Of a stretch of 64,000 nucleotides of DNA, positions 50,201 to 63,594 are shown one piece after another (within the stretch, counting starts at the first letter, position 1; each line of letters begins with the position of its first letter). The notes under the pieces are model-generated. The model was given only the letters and a program-made list of their open reading frames with translations, did no database searches and was not told where the DNA came from. The DNA is taken from the NCBI GenBank assembly GCA_964247055.1, contig OZ176059.1, positions 2,418,001-2,482,000 of the forward strand. The letters are read 5' to 3'. The translations under genes were made by a program, and so were the position numbers. The DNA comes from Paragordius varius (Eukaryota > Animalia > Nematomorpha).

Positions 50201-53107
50201 TTTTATTGATTAAACATGTTTAAAATTTTTTTTAAATCCATAATCTAATATTTAAAGGTGGAAATTCGTTTGGTATAGAGCTGCAAATACAAAATGGTGA
50301 TATCCATTTTTCTGAGTCTATTTATATATACCATTTATAGTTTAAATTTACTTGAATATCAAAAATTAACTATTTTTTTTTATATTTTTGTAAAATGATA
50401 ATTTCGTTTAAAGTTAACCTCTTATTGATATTATAAAATGTGCTATGGAATAAAAAAAATATTTCATAAAAACTAAATAATATTAGGCCGAAAACATATA
50501 ATTTATTATTAGGGTGGATTTGAATTGTTTAAGGACGAATTTGAGTTGTATATGGTTTTTTGTATTATTAACGTTGTCTAATATATCATTTAAAGTGATC
50601 TAATATAACTCTGTAAACTTCGCTTTAAATCATACACAATATATGGAATAAATATTGAATACATGAAATTTCTTCAATTTTCCTTTCTTTTTTCAAAAAT
50701 GCGATTTTTTTTGTTAAAAACCTCTGAAAAATATTTTATCCTTCTTTTTAGTATTTCTAAGTGACTTAAAAATGTTTATTAGGGTAATTTTATACTTTTT
50801 TATGCAATTTTTCTTATATTATATTATATATATATTTAATATCTATATAGTTACCTAAAGACCTTTTGGAGGAAGAAAATCATACAAATTTACCCGCCAT
50901 AGAAGTTAATATGAAATGCGAAGCTTTGGATCCTTTAAATCTATCCAGTATAACTGTGGCTACCGTTATTCAAGTTTTTAACTTTAATTATAAGTATTAA
51001 TAAAGATGTTTATTTCATGTATTAAAATATGGGGGGGGGAATTGATATATTTTAACCATTTACCTGTTTTTTACAGTATTTGTAAGGTTTAAAACCTTTT
51101 ATGTCAATATATATATTATATATAAATAATATGTGTTGTACCTAGATTAAAGCTAGTTTTTTCTCTATATTTTTATGTTTATTTTTAAATTATACTTTAT
51201 AAAGGACTATTTTTTGTTTCTTCTCTAAATAATGCATTTGGTTTGAATGTACAGTTATAACCGATTTAATACTTGAATAGCCCAGTAGTTATGGCAAGCT
51301 TAAGTTTAATACAATGACAATTATTTATTCCCTATGAATTATGTTTGAAACCGGTTAGACCAAAATTTTTTAAATACAAAGATCGCAGCTATAACTGTTT
51401 TATAAACTTATAAGATTACTTGTCGAAAATACATACACGCACATAAAACCGCTTATTATAAGTTAATAACCTTTAAACCAACCTCAAGCATTTTACAATT
51501 CAGTTATAACCCCGAGATCATACCTGAATTTTATACAATAGTTGTGTTATAATATGTTAACTGCAAAATAGAAAAATTAGAAAACAGACAAAACCTAAAA
51601 ATGTAAAGATAAATTTTCCCAAAAGACAACCATTTTTACATAAACATTTATATTTCCTATAAAAATAAAAATTTATTAATTGCAATAGTGAAAAAATGTA
51701 TAATTTATTGTGTTACCAATATACATCTCTATTTCATACATTGCAGATTAAAACAATGAATTATATTAAAAACAAATCAAGTTAAAAGTCATTTGTCTTC
51801 ATATATTTTCACGATTTATCCGTATAATGTCAATTTTTTTCGTAATTTAATTTCAGTTTTAATCGATTTAGACTCTATCTATCTATGTATCTATCTATCT
51901 TTAACTATATAAATTCAGTTATAACTGTTAAAAACTTTTGTTATATAAATCGCTAAAACCTATTAATAATATAATGCTAACCCTTACACTGCGTGCCAGA
52001 GTTCGAGCGAGTATTAAAAGCCCTCACATGTCCGAATACAATTTAAGTCCTTACCCTTTAATAAAAAGGGAAAAAGAGACTCTAAACTGTATATTTTTTT
52101 AAATTTGAGTTTTAATCGATTCAGACTGTATCTATCTATCAATCTATCTATCTTTAACTATATAAATTCAGTTATAACTGTTTAAAACTTTTAGTATATA
52201 AACCGCTAAAACCTATTACTTAAAAAAACTACATAGGTACTACAAGACGGTTACCTCATGATAAAATTGGATAATGCCGCACCTGATGATAAGCAGAATG
52301 CTTTTTGTTATCACACCACATCACCTTGTATATTCCCCCCAGGTTTTGCTTACAAGTATGGGTTAGAACTTGACCCGCCTCACACCGAAGATTATAACGG
52401 TTTCTTTTATCTTACGTATTAAAAATTGAGTTTTTCGAAAAAATTGTAAAATAAAGTTAATTCAAGAGTTTTTTTACTTACTTATTTTTTTGGAGGTTGT
52501 TTAAAAAAGTAATAATTATTAAAATCATCATGACAAAATATTTCAAATATAAGACACTATTATTTTACGGGGAAAACTTTAATCTTTTATTTTTGGAATA
52601 CAAACTTTTGTAGAGATTAGCGAAATAAGATTAATTATATTTCAAGTTTTTATACAGCATTTTAATTAATTGTAGTTGTAAAATATGTATAAATGATTGT
52701 GTTCTCCAATACTACTCCATACTTACTTTACAATTTCAAATGTTTTAAATAATTTTTAGGTTTCAAACAATGATTTTTGTTTTAAATAATTCTCAAGATA
52801 TAAAACGTATGAAAAAAATAAGTTTCTTTATATTTTTTACGTTACGTTTTGTCCGTATAATTCAAATTTTACTGTATTGTCTTTTTATCTTTTTAATTTT
52901 AAAATTTTAAATGCATATTTTGATCAACTATGTTTTTTTACCTTAAAAGCAGATGAAGAAATAAAGAAGGATGATGATGGTGATAACGAATCGAATATCA
53001 ATACTTTTTCTTGGGACAAATATTTTTCGTAAGTTTTTTTTTTATTTTTTTTAATTTAAACTTTATCAAATTTTTTAATAGGACAGTGTTTGTAACTCCC
53101 TCTAAAA

Positions 53108-53184
<77 letters not shown>

Positions 53185-53357
53185 TTCTTATGATGATTTT
53201 TGAAAATAACATGGCTAATAAATTAATTGCTTATGAGGATTATGGTATGTATGTTAAATAGGATTTTTAATGGAAGTTTTTAAGTTGGATAGGTAAATTT
53301 AAAAAAAAATTAAAATATAACATAATGAATATTATTTAAAGAGCCTAAATTAAAAAC

Positions 53358-53410
<53 letters not shown>

Positions 53411-54225
53411 ACAATTCAAATTTACCCCTAAATAATTCAAATTCACCCTCAAATAAAATATATGTTTTTTAAGATTTAAATTACCTACTTTATTTTTTTT
53501 TATATATTTTTAATTAATAAATTTTTTTTTAAAATAATATTGAAAAAAGAATAAACTATGCTATAAAGATTTTCATATTTATAATGAGTTATATTAGTTT
53601 AAAAACACATAATTTATATTTAAGGTGAATTTGAATTGTTCTTGTCAATTGTCAATTTAAATTGTTCAAGGGTCAATTTAAATTGTTCGAGGGTGAATTT
53701 GAATTGTTTAAGGGTGAATTTGAATTGTTTAAGGGTGAATTTGAATTGTTTAAGGGTGAAATTAAATTATTAATGGTATATTTTCTCAAATATTTTTGGT
53801 ATAGGGATAATCCTACACATAAACCCCTACCAGATCTTTACCATGTATTACATGGTTCAGTATCTAAAGATTTGTTAAACACCATAAACTCTATGAATAA
53901 TACTAATTCAGCCAAAAATAAGGATTCTAAAACAACAGCAATGATAACAGAAGAACGACGGAATTCGGAAAACAATGATGATGGGGGCGAGAGCCATGTT
54001 AAATTTTATTTTATATATAATATTATATTTATTTATTATTAAAATAATTTTTTTTTGGGGGGGGGGGGGGGGGGTGTAATTTTAACAAAATTTAACCATA
54101 GGTAATTGTAAATAATATGATAAATATACCGTTTTTAACTACAAAATTTTAAAAATAAAATAAATCTAAAATGTTTGGTGCTTACAAATAAATAAAGGTT
54201 TAATATGATTATGGTTTATCTATTT

Positions 54226-54287
<62 letters not shown>

Positions 54288-56941
54288 TTTTTGTTAAATC
54301 AAAATTTTAATTGAAATTTTTTAAATATAAGTTGTCGTTTTATGGATATCGCAATAAAAGGAATAGAAATATATATATATATATATATAGATATATGGAT
54401 ATTTGAAAATTGTATCAAATAGTTTTCGTTAGAAAAAAATTAAGATTTAATTAATATTAGGGGGGCGGGTGTCATTTAAACATTAAAGATTTTTCTTTAT
54501 ATTTTTTCCACTTTGTCTACTGCTGTTGTGAATTTTTGTGTGTGTGTGTGTTGTCATTGCAAAGTACCCTACTATAGTTTATTGCTTATAAAAAGTAAAA
54601 TTAAAAAAAACATTATTATAACAATGAATAATCTTATCAAATTTAAACTTTATATCTAATTGATTTTTTTTTAACGTATTATAATATTTTTTATGTTATT
54701 CGATTTCCATATTTTTATATTTAAGCAGCAAAAAAAGGCTTATTTTAAAATATACCTACCTATATTGCGCTGTTTCATTGCCTAATTGTTTGGTTTTGGA
54801 TGATAAAAAAATGTTATCCCCCGTGATTAATTGCGCAATGTTGCCTATACTTGATATAAATGGATACCATTTACAATTAAAGTTCACCCTCGAACGAACA
54901 CACTTCAAATTCACCCTAAAAATAAATTATGTGTTTTCGGGCAACTAATATAACTAACTCATCATTAATATGAAATATATTTTTACGACATAGTTTATTA
55001 TTTTTTTCAGCATTATATAAATTTTAAACGTGATTTCATTTTTTAAAAATATTATAATAAAATAAAGGTAATTTTTATCTTAAAAAACACATAAGTTATT
55101 TTTAAGGTAAATTTGGCTTGTGTTTGAGGGTATATTTAAATTGTTTAAGGATGAATTTGAATTGTAAATGGTATTATATTATTTACATATTTGCCCTTTT
55201 GTTTTGACTTAGCAGAATAAAAATGATTCACCATTCATAACGGAAGTGATTGATTTACAAAACGTGACAGCGCATTTATACAAATCCACAAACACCAATG
55301 AAACAATGAATGGCATTGAAAAAAGCAGCCTTCAAGACTCAACAAATGTCCAAAAACATATAACAGTTGGTATGCTTTTGTTAATTTTATTAATTTTAAG
55401 CCTTTTTACGGAATTTATATATATAAATAAAAATTTGAAATTTCTGTTGATATATATATATATATATATAAGAAGCATACTATTTACAATTCAAATTTAT
55501 CCTTAAACGATTCAAATTCACCCTAAAAATAAATTATGTTTTTATTTGGGTTTAAATAACTCATTATTTATATGAAATATATCTTTATGGCTGTCTAAGT
55601 TTATCATTTTTTCAGTAATAAATTGTAATCAAAATTTTGTTTTTTTAAAAGTATAGAAAAAAATATATGTTATTTTTATTAAAAAGACTAATCTATTTTT
55701 TAAGGGTGAATTAAAATTTTTCAAGGGTGAATTCAAAGTGTTAATGGTACATTAATTTTACTTATAAATTTTCAAATTTTTTGCGCCCTTATGTTTTATC
55801 CCCCTGTTCTATACTAACTTTCGTATGCAATTTATAATTTTTTACAAAATAAAATAAAAAATTCCATTTTTTTAAAAAAAATAAGGTATGAAAGTTGAAG
55901 CAGTCGATTTGATGGAACCACATCTTTTGTGCGTAGCAACCATAGCCAAAGTTATATATCGGCCATCTAAATTACCACAACATAAACCAGAAGAAGTGTC
56001 GAATAAACATCTGTTGTTACCCAAAGTAAGTTTGATTTTCTTATTTTAACAGTCTATATGATATCTGATCTGAATTGTTAAGAGAAAAAGTTAAAGGCAC
56101 ACCTTTTTTTAAGAAAATTTGCTAATTTTTTATACACTATTTACATGTAAACTTTACCCTTGAACAATTCAAATTCACTACCTAAAATAAATTATAAAAT
56201 TACCTATATTTTTAAAAAATGAAATTTTGTTTAAAATTAAACTAATCCATAAAGATATATTTCATATTAATAATGAATTATTTAAACCCCTAAAAACACA
56301 TAATTTATTTTTTGGGGCAATTTAAATTGTTAAAGTTTGAATTTAAATTGTAAATTGTATATATTTATCACGTAGGCAACAACATAAACTAGAATTAATC
56401 TCTAATTATTACTCAAAATTAAGTAGTGTAAGAAATAAAAAGTATAATACTGATTTTTTTATATATTATAAAACATGCAGTAAAGTGAAATTAAAAATAT
56501 TATTTTTATAAAAACCAACCATACTTCTTAGAATTTGCAGTTTTTTATTATAAATAATACATCTTAAGTTTACAAAATGGTAATTACATATGTCTAACTG
56601 GTAATACACTCAACTATAAATAATTTAAAATTGTATTTTTATAGTTTGTAGGAAATATTAAGCTTTGAAAAAGTATAGTTCTCTTTTTCTTAAATATTAT
56701 CTTTCAATTTTCCCGTTTTATTTGTAATTTCATTAAATGTATTTTTTGTCATTTCAAACGTTACTTTTTTTAGATATATTCTAATTTTTTATATGTATAA
56801 ATTTTCAATTAATACTCAATTAAAAATATTTCCAACTGATATTAATTCATTTTATTCATCTATATTCAAGTAATATTTTATTTAGTCATAAGGAGGTTAA
56901 TTGCTTTAAAATAACCACAAATTTATAAATTTTCTGGAAAG

Positions 56942-56972
<31 letters not shown>

Positions 56973-59900
56973 CATTTCATATTCACCCTCAAATCGAATT
57001 CCTCAAATAAAATATATGTTTTAATGATTAAATTACCTATATTTTAATATATTTTCAAAAATAAAATTATGTTTAAGTTTAAATAATACTGAAAAAATAA
57101 TAGACTCTGCCATAAAGATATATTTCATATTAATATGAGTTATATTAGTTCGAAATAATTTATTTTTCAAATTTGAATTGTTTGATTGTCAATTTTAATT
57201 GTTTGAGGGTGAATTTTAATTGTTCGAGGGTGAATTTGAATTTAAATGGTATATATAACTTTGAAATCAGGATTTTTTTAAGACGATATATAATTTAAAA
57301 ATATATAGGATAATGTATGTCTATTTTTGTAAAAGTAACATATTAAAAATAGGGCATACATCGCATATTAGCATGAAAATTATGAAATAATTTATTTTTT
57401 GGTTGTTTTATACCTTCTTAGGTGTAATTTTATTTTTTGTTTTGGGTTATTCTTTTTTTTTCATTACATTTAACAGTAATTTTTTACTTTAAAAATCATT
57501 TAATACACTGTATATTGATTATTTACATTTTTAACCATAATAAATGCACATTAAGTTGTATTAGCGATTTAAAAAAATACTGCGAAAAAGTTTGAAATTA
57601 GGATTTTATTTAACAATTTCACATTAATTATAAAGATTTTTAGAAACCATGCTCCTTAAAGCTCTAACGAAATCATATTTTTAAGTAGCGTATGATATAG
57701 ATTAAATTTTGTTTATAATTTAATGCATCATTGTAATGTTTTATGGCAAGATGGGCAAAATCGCGTTTAGTTTTTTAACCGATCATTTGTTGTTTTTACC
57801 CATACGCCCCTGCAATGGTATTTAAACCGCTGCCCTAAAAGTGCTTTTTTATGACTCTTAATTATTTTTTTTATTTTTTGGATTATAAATACATGTGCAA
57901 ATGTGTTAATAAGCAGTTATGAAATTTTAACAATATTTTAAGGTGGATGGACGGACGACCCTTGAGAGACAATATTAATATTTTTTAGCGGCCTTTCAAT
58001 TTTTTGAGGTGCATAACACGTGATACTGCATTTCTCGCTTATTGGTTAACATAAATGTGTGCCTACTGTATACTATTTTTTAGTCTAAAGCACATGTTTC
58101 TCTGGGTGAGAATATGTTGCGTTTGCTGGAAAAAATGTTGCTTTTGCCTAAAAATGGTATACTGTATTTAACTTTAGAATGCTGATAATGATGGTGAAAT
58201 GTTGACTACTACTGTTGACATGGTACCACACTTGGTTAAAGTACATTACGATGGATGGGACAATGATTATGATGCCTGGATGTCGGCTAACGGACCCGAT
58301 TTATTTGCACCGGGTTGGTCTGAGCTTGCGGGTTATAAACTTGAAGCGCCACAAAATACGACTACAGTTATAACTGCTTCTACCAATTCAACCAATAAAA
58401 TAAAGGCCTCTCAAACAACAAAAACAACAGAATTTGCTAAATCCACTACCAAAAGTCACGCATCAGGTAGCAGTTTAAAAGTGTTTAAAATACTTTTTAA
58501 CATCAGTTTTTTTTTCGTTGATATATAACAGGGGTGTCAAGTTTTGATTATATTCCGACATGTCGCATTCATAAAATATATAGGCATTAACAAATGTTTC
58601 AGTACATTTCAAACATGAGATAGTAAAAACTACTTTTTATTACAACAGATTTGCCTAAATTTGGAGAGATTTATTTAGAAAATTAGTTTAACATAATCAA
58701 TTTTTTTTGATTGTTTTAACATTTTTTATTTTTTCGCGGACTGCAGAAATATATCGGAGGGCCGCATTTTGCACACCCTTGAAATATACTATGTATTTAT
58801 ACTTTTCAACATTGTTTATATTTTTTATATAAAAATTGTTATCAAACAAACCAAAGATCATATACAGTATATACTATGTATTTATACTTTTCAACATTGT
58901 TTATATTTTTTATATAAAAATTGTTATCAAACAAACCAAAGATCATATACAGTAGCGTGTGGTATAAAAACAAAAACACCATTAAACAAATTTTTTTCCC
59001 TATATTTTGACATAAAATGTGTTTTATTGAATAATTGTCAAATTTTTTTTTAAACCATACGTACGTACTTATTGTATACTATTCATATAAAAATATATTT
59101 TTTGTACTGTTTTGGCGGTTTGTATAATTATTCGGACAAAACGTTAAAAAAACATAAAGACAAATATATTTTAAAGGTTAACCATATTAAACCCTATTAT
59201 ATTTCCAATATAATAATACATTTAATTGCAATTACAAAATAATAATGATAGTGTTACCAATTTACATCTCTATTTTAAACCTTGTAATTTCAAACAATGA
59301 ATTATTATACAAATCAAGTTTGTAAAAAGTACAGCCGTCTTTTGTAAAAATATTGGGATTTATATTTTTAAGCTTTGACCGTATAATTTTAATTTGTCCT
59401 GTAAAATACCGTCAATTTTTATCAAAGGAATCATTAAAATGCATGCTCTATTATATATTATAGTTGGCCCTTAAAAATTTAAGTGATCTTTGAACACTAG
59501 TTGTTGCTTGAATTTTTAACTATGCCAAAAATTTAAACCATAGAAATTTAATATTTTTTATTTATCAATTTTTAATCCATAATTCTTATTTGCTACATTA
59601 TTAATTTTAACTATCGTAATAACGTGAACCTATTTATTGTTAAAATCTTATCAGAAACATTTTATACAACCATTATTCATTATATATTTTTATAAAATAT
59701 AATTATTGGATATGATGCAATCACAATATATTAATGTATATAAATATTTCCCGCCGCTGCATTTTATAAAGCTTTTGGTTAAATATTTTGTGTAATTCTT
59801 CACATTCGATTTGATGATGGCTGTACAGGCCTTTAAAATTAACTCAGACAGTGATGTCTCCACTTCCCTTAATAACATGTTACAAACATAATTTTTTATT

Positions 59901-62900
59901 TTGGAAAATGTATTTTCTTGATCGGATTTAGCATAAAACTATAAGGTGATAGAAATCAAATTTTATAAGAATATTTGGCGGAAATATCAGTTAATGAATT
60001 TTTACTATGAATTTTAGCGTTATTCAAAATAAAATGTATGTCTTCTAAATTATAAATTAATGAATATGTATGAAACATATAGATCTTGAAAAAAAATTGC
60101 AACAATATTAGAATTAACATTTCTTTCAGACTCTATATGGGAGTACACTATTCCAGCACATTCTAGGGCTGCTACAGTGGTTATTGAAACGCCTGACTCA
60201 TCAATGAACACTAATTTGGAATAGTTGCGACCAAAGGTTTTACAAAGGGCGAATTAAACTTAGACAATCATTTACCTTTTAATTTCAAAATTAGTTTGTT
60301 TCATCGTAATCCCCCCAAGCTTTGTGATATCATTATTAATAGTTGTATTAGATAGGCGGATATTTTATCAACTAGAAAACATTTTAGTGTTATAAAAGTG
60401 GATTTATGTTATTTTGGCTTTGACTAAAATTCTTTTTCTTCCATAATTTGTGTTTTCATTTATATTTGATTTATATTTACTAATGAATAATGCGTTTGGC
60501 AGTAGTATATTTAATTTCTAGACATATTTATTATTATACTTTCACCCTTTATAATTCGTTTTTTATCTTGATTCGATAATGTATGAATCTAAAATGTAAG
60601 ATAAGAATAATACTCATTTTATTTTTTGGAATGATAAATTGAAAATAATGGTCTGTTTTTTAACTAATACGGTCGGTTTGATTATATTTCATGTCAGATA
60701 TGCAAGTCAAGTATTACAAAATAAATATAATGGTTTTCAGTTTTAACCCATGTTCATGTGAAACTGTTTCTATCTGGGGAATAAAAGATGAAGACATTCG
60801 TTTACGACAACATTCCCAATACATCTAATAGCGATTCCTGTCTTTCTAAACACGTTTGTCAATGTAGGACGCGACATTTCTGACAGCAAGGTTGTCTTGA
60901 CAAATATAGATTTTCCATAACAAGCGTCTCATACGCTAATCATAGAGATTAAAAAACACTTAGGGTTTTATACTGTCCTTATTTGGTTTCATGTGCTAAT
61001 ACAATAACAAATTAACAACTTTATATCAATCCATTGTGTATAACACAATCGATTGCACACTTATCATGATCTATGTATGTCCTTTTATAATATTGTAAAA
61101 GTTGTTTTTTTCCATTATCTACAAAAATTTTAATAAAATTTCATTTCTATCACCTTATAGCTTTATGCTACACCGGGATAGAGAGTACATTCTCTAAAAT
61201 GAAAAATTATGTTTGTGATATGTTATCAAAGGAGGTGTGGATACATTACTGTCTGAATTAATTTTAAAGGCCTGTACAGCCATCACTGAATCGAACGTTA
61301 CGACGGGTTCAAAATAGAACTAAAAACCTCAAAATGCAGAGGACGGAAATAATTATATAAATTAATATATATTTTATAAAAATATATAATGAATGATGGT
61401 TGTTTTAGTAGATGCTTCTGATTAGATTTTTACAATAAATAGGTTCATGTTTTATAAAATTTGAATTATGATAATTAAAAGTAATAATATAGCAATTATG
61501 GGCTAAAAATCGATAAATTATATAAAAAATATAAAATTTAAATGGTTTAAAGTTTTTGGCATAGTTAAAAATTCAAGCACCAACTATAAGTGTTCAAGAA
61601 CCAACTCTTGGAGTGCAAATCGTATGTATCTATATATAATATATATATATTGTATTACGTATTGTATAAAAAGGGGGCTCAACCGCTAAAACTACATCCA
61701 CAAAACAAACTTTAAGTTCTGTTACCGCTAAAAAAACTCGTACTTCAGGATTAGGAACAGATGCCACTTTGGATGATGGAAAAATTGCAGGGGAAAAAAT
61801 TAATAGAAATGCAGGTATTTTATAGTATTTTTTTTTAATTTACAAATTATAATCATAATATTAATATAGTATAAATTGAATAGTAAAATTGAGAGAATTA
61901 CGCGCATTATATGTTATGCATTTTAAAAAATATTATTATATACGCATGTAAGCTAGCTTAATTTAAAATAAATCACATAGGTATAAATTAAAATTATACG
62001 GACAAAACATATAAAAAATATAAACATAATTTTTTTTCTCCAGGACAACCATACTTATTTAAACACCTTTTTATTCCCTTACTAAAAATCATTCAATTAC
62101 AATCGTAAAATACATATTTAATTGTGTTATCAATTTTTACATATCTTTGTTTAATATATTAACAATTCAACACAATTAATATATATATATATATATATAT
62201 AAAAATCAAAATTTAGAAAGTATGGTTATCTCTTAGAAAAAAATATTTGTCACCGTTTTGTCCTTATAATTTCAATTTTTAATGTAATTATATTATCCTC
62301 TCATGTTTTTTATCATTGTTAAAAAACGATTGTGTTAATGGTAATGTAATGTTTTGTACACCACGCCTATAGTGAAGTTAATTCAAAAATTTATCTATAC
62401 TTTCATTATTTTCTCTTTGAAATAAACCTTACCCACACACGTGTGATGATTTAAAATCCAATTGATTTATAATTGAAAGTTTATCAATAATATCGGTGAA
62501 TATAGTATAGTTGAGGCGATTTATGTTTAAAGCTTAATGCGCCCATGTATGTTAAGTATAAATATATTTTTGAAAATATTGAAACGACTTGCCTTTACTA
62601 TACTAGACCATTTAGAGTTTAAATTCACCCTAAAATAAATTATGTGTTTTCGGGCACTAATATAACTCATCATTAATATGAAATGTATTTTTATGGCATA
62701 GTTGATTATTTATTTAGTATTACTTTAATTTTAAACACGAATTTCATATTATAAAAATATTAGAAATGAATAATTTTATTCTAAAAAAACACATATTTTA
62801 TTTTAGGGTGAATTCAAACTGTAAATGTTATATTTGTTAAAGATAACCGATATATATATTTAATATGCAAAGTATAAGAAATAGCCATGTTAATTGGTAA

Positions 62901-63594
62901 TATAATCAATTTATTCTTATCATTGTTAGGTTATTGGAGAATTAATCAAGCAAATAACAAATCATATATATTTTACGTTGTGTCTTTGTGATTTTAATTG
63001 TAACATATAGCATTAATTTATATTCAACCTAAAAATAAATTATGTGTTTTTGGGCTAATATGACTCATTATTAATATGAAATGTATTTGGCATAATTTAA
63101 ATTTTTTTATTAAATTCCAAACAAATTTTTATTTTGTTAAATAGGAAAAACTATATAGGTAATTTTGAATCTTAATAAACACACATGATTTAATTTAGGG
63201 TGAATTTAAACTGTTAATGGTATAATATATATCTATTTAGATAAATCTATAGCTACTAAGAATCTCGTTACATTTACAAACGGAGATCAATTACCTAACA
63301 CTAAAGATTTGGAAAATGAAATTGAACGAAGCATAAAAACCGTGAATAATGAACACGTTGAAGACATCACAGATGATATCTGTAATGCTTCTATAGAACC
63401 AGAAAATGAAGTAACGATTGCCAACTCAACGAAAAATAATGGTAAAACCGGGGGTTATAACCGTACCCGAGATCGCCAACAAAGTCAAAGTGATAGCGAT
63501 CAAGAGGTTCTGCATAGCGGTTCAGCTTTGGATTCCGAAAATAATTCAAGTGTAGACGACGATGAAGATTATCTTAATGATGGTGGTACTAAAA
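45493..63594 (+). CDS. Sfmbt: Four-MBT-repeat Polycomb-type chromatin reader (dSfmbt/MBTD1/L3MBTL2 family), ~790 aa within the window; 3' end uncertain and may continue
   Basis: Phase-consistent exons: 45493-45511 (or -45583; tentative), 45609-45691, 45754-46006, 46717-46805, 48400-48589 (or -48532), 49240-49356, 50007-50134, 50851-50973, 52237-52399, 52953-53028, 53805-53997, 55216-55369, 55886-56025, 58178-58466, 63241-63594 (or stop at 63608). Diagnostic motifs: APVYFFKH-LPLSDGW, RYDGYEDDSSRDLW, VHEVGW, DWKNFLMKALVGAKTLP, FWCH..IHPVGW, EALDPLNLSSITVAT, FCYHTTSPCIFP, GMKVEAVDLMEP, KVHYDGWDNDYD. Confidence 0.93.
46343..46598. mobile_element. hAT-type MITE; similar elements at 58529-58781 and ~9089-9415
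   Basis: CAGG(A/G)GG termini with inverted ...CCCCTG/CCCTTG, subterminal GCGGCTCG/GGGCCGCA, and imperfect 8-bp flanking duplications (6/8 match). Confidence 0.55.
49370..49975. repeat. Tandem array of four ~150-bp units, each ending in a CACTA-like transposon terminus, in an MBT-gene intron
   Basis: TTTTTTCCATACACTACTGTCCTGTGTTGCAAATTGCCCTACTATAGTG repeated at ~49450, 49600, 49760, 49910. Confidence 0.85.
51850..52220 (+). repeat. Direct duplication of ~110 bp (51850-51965 and 52105-52220)
   Basis: TTTTAATCGATT.AGACT.TATCTATCTAT...TTCAGTTATAACTGTT...CGCTAAAACCTATTA occurs twice. Confidence 0.85.
53405..53778. mobile_element. Most abundant MITE family (TA|CCATTTACAATTCAAATTCACCC... ~280 bp, 21-bp subterminal repeats); about 13 copies in the window
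   Basis: Copies at ~17466-17735, 17765-18030, 20589-20670, 24752-25026, 37258-37525, 50328-50552, 53405-53778, 54865-55173, 55488-55749, 56140-56360, 56970-57251, 62605-62829, 63020-63222. Palindromic ends ...GGGTGAATTTGAATTGTAAATGG|TA. Confidence 0.85.
58786..58954 (+). repeat. Near-perfect tandem duplication of an ~84-bp unit
   Basis: TATACTATGTATTTATACTTTTCAACATTG...CCAAAGATCATATACAGTA occurs twice. Confidence 0.9.
59455..61620. mobile_element. Fold-back/long-TIR element: ~550-bp imperfect inverted arms (59455-60000, 61100-61620) around a ~1.1-kb core
   Basis: Mirror blocks GATGGCTGTACAGGCCTTTAAAATTAA / TTAATTTTAAAGGCCTGTACAGCCATC, CTATAAGGTGATAGAAAT / ATTTCTATCACCTTATAG, and TTTTTAACTATGCCAAAAA / TTTTTGGCATAGTTAAAAA. 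Confidence 0.8.
60130..60224 (+). CDS. Candidate alternative terminal exon of the MBT gene
   Basis: Strong acceptor TTCTTTCAG at 60121-60129. In phase 1 (matching the 58466 donor) it reads DSIWEYTIPAHSRAATVVIETPDSSMNTNLE*. GC is higher than in the flanks. No homology support. Confidence 0.4.

Noticed and set aside
50258-50783. Alternative small exons (50258 onward; 50752-50783) linking MBT2 and MBT3
   Set aside because: Exon 50007-50134 gives a better-scoring, phase-consistent link (KYMVESKKFYL... aligning with DYLERM).
53662-53804. Repetitive ORF FKGEFELFKGEFEL
   Set aside because: It is the translation of the 21-bp MITE subterminal repeats, not a protein repeat.
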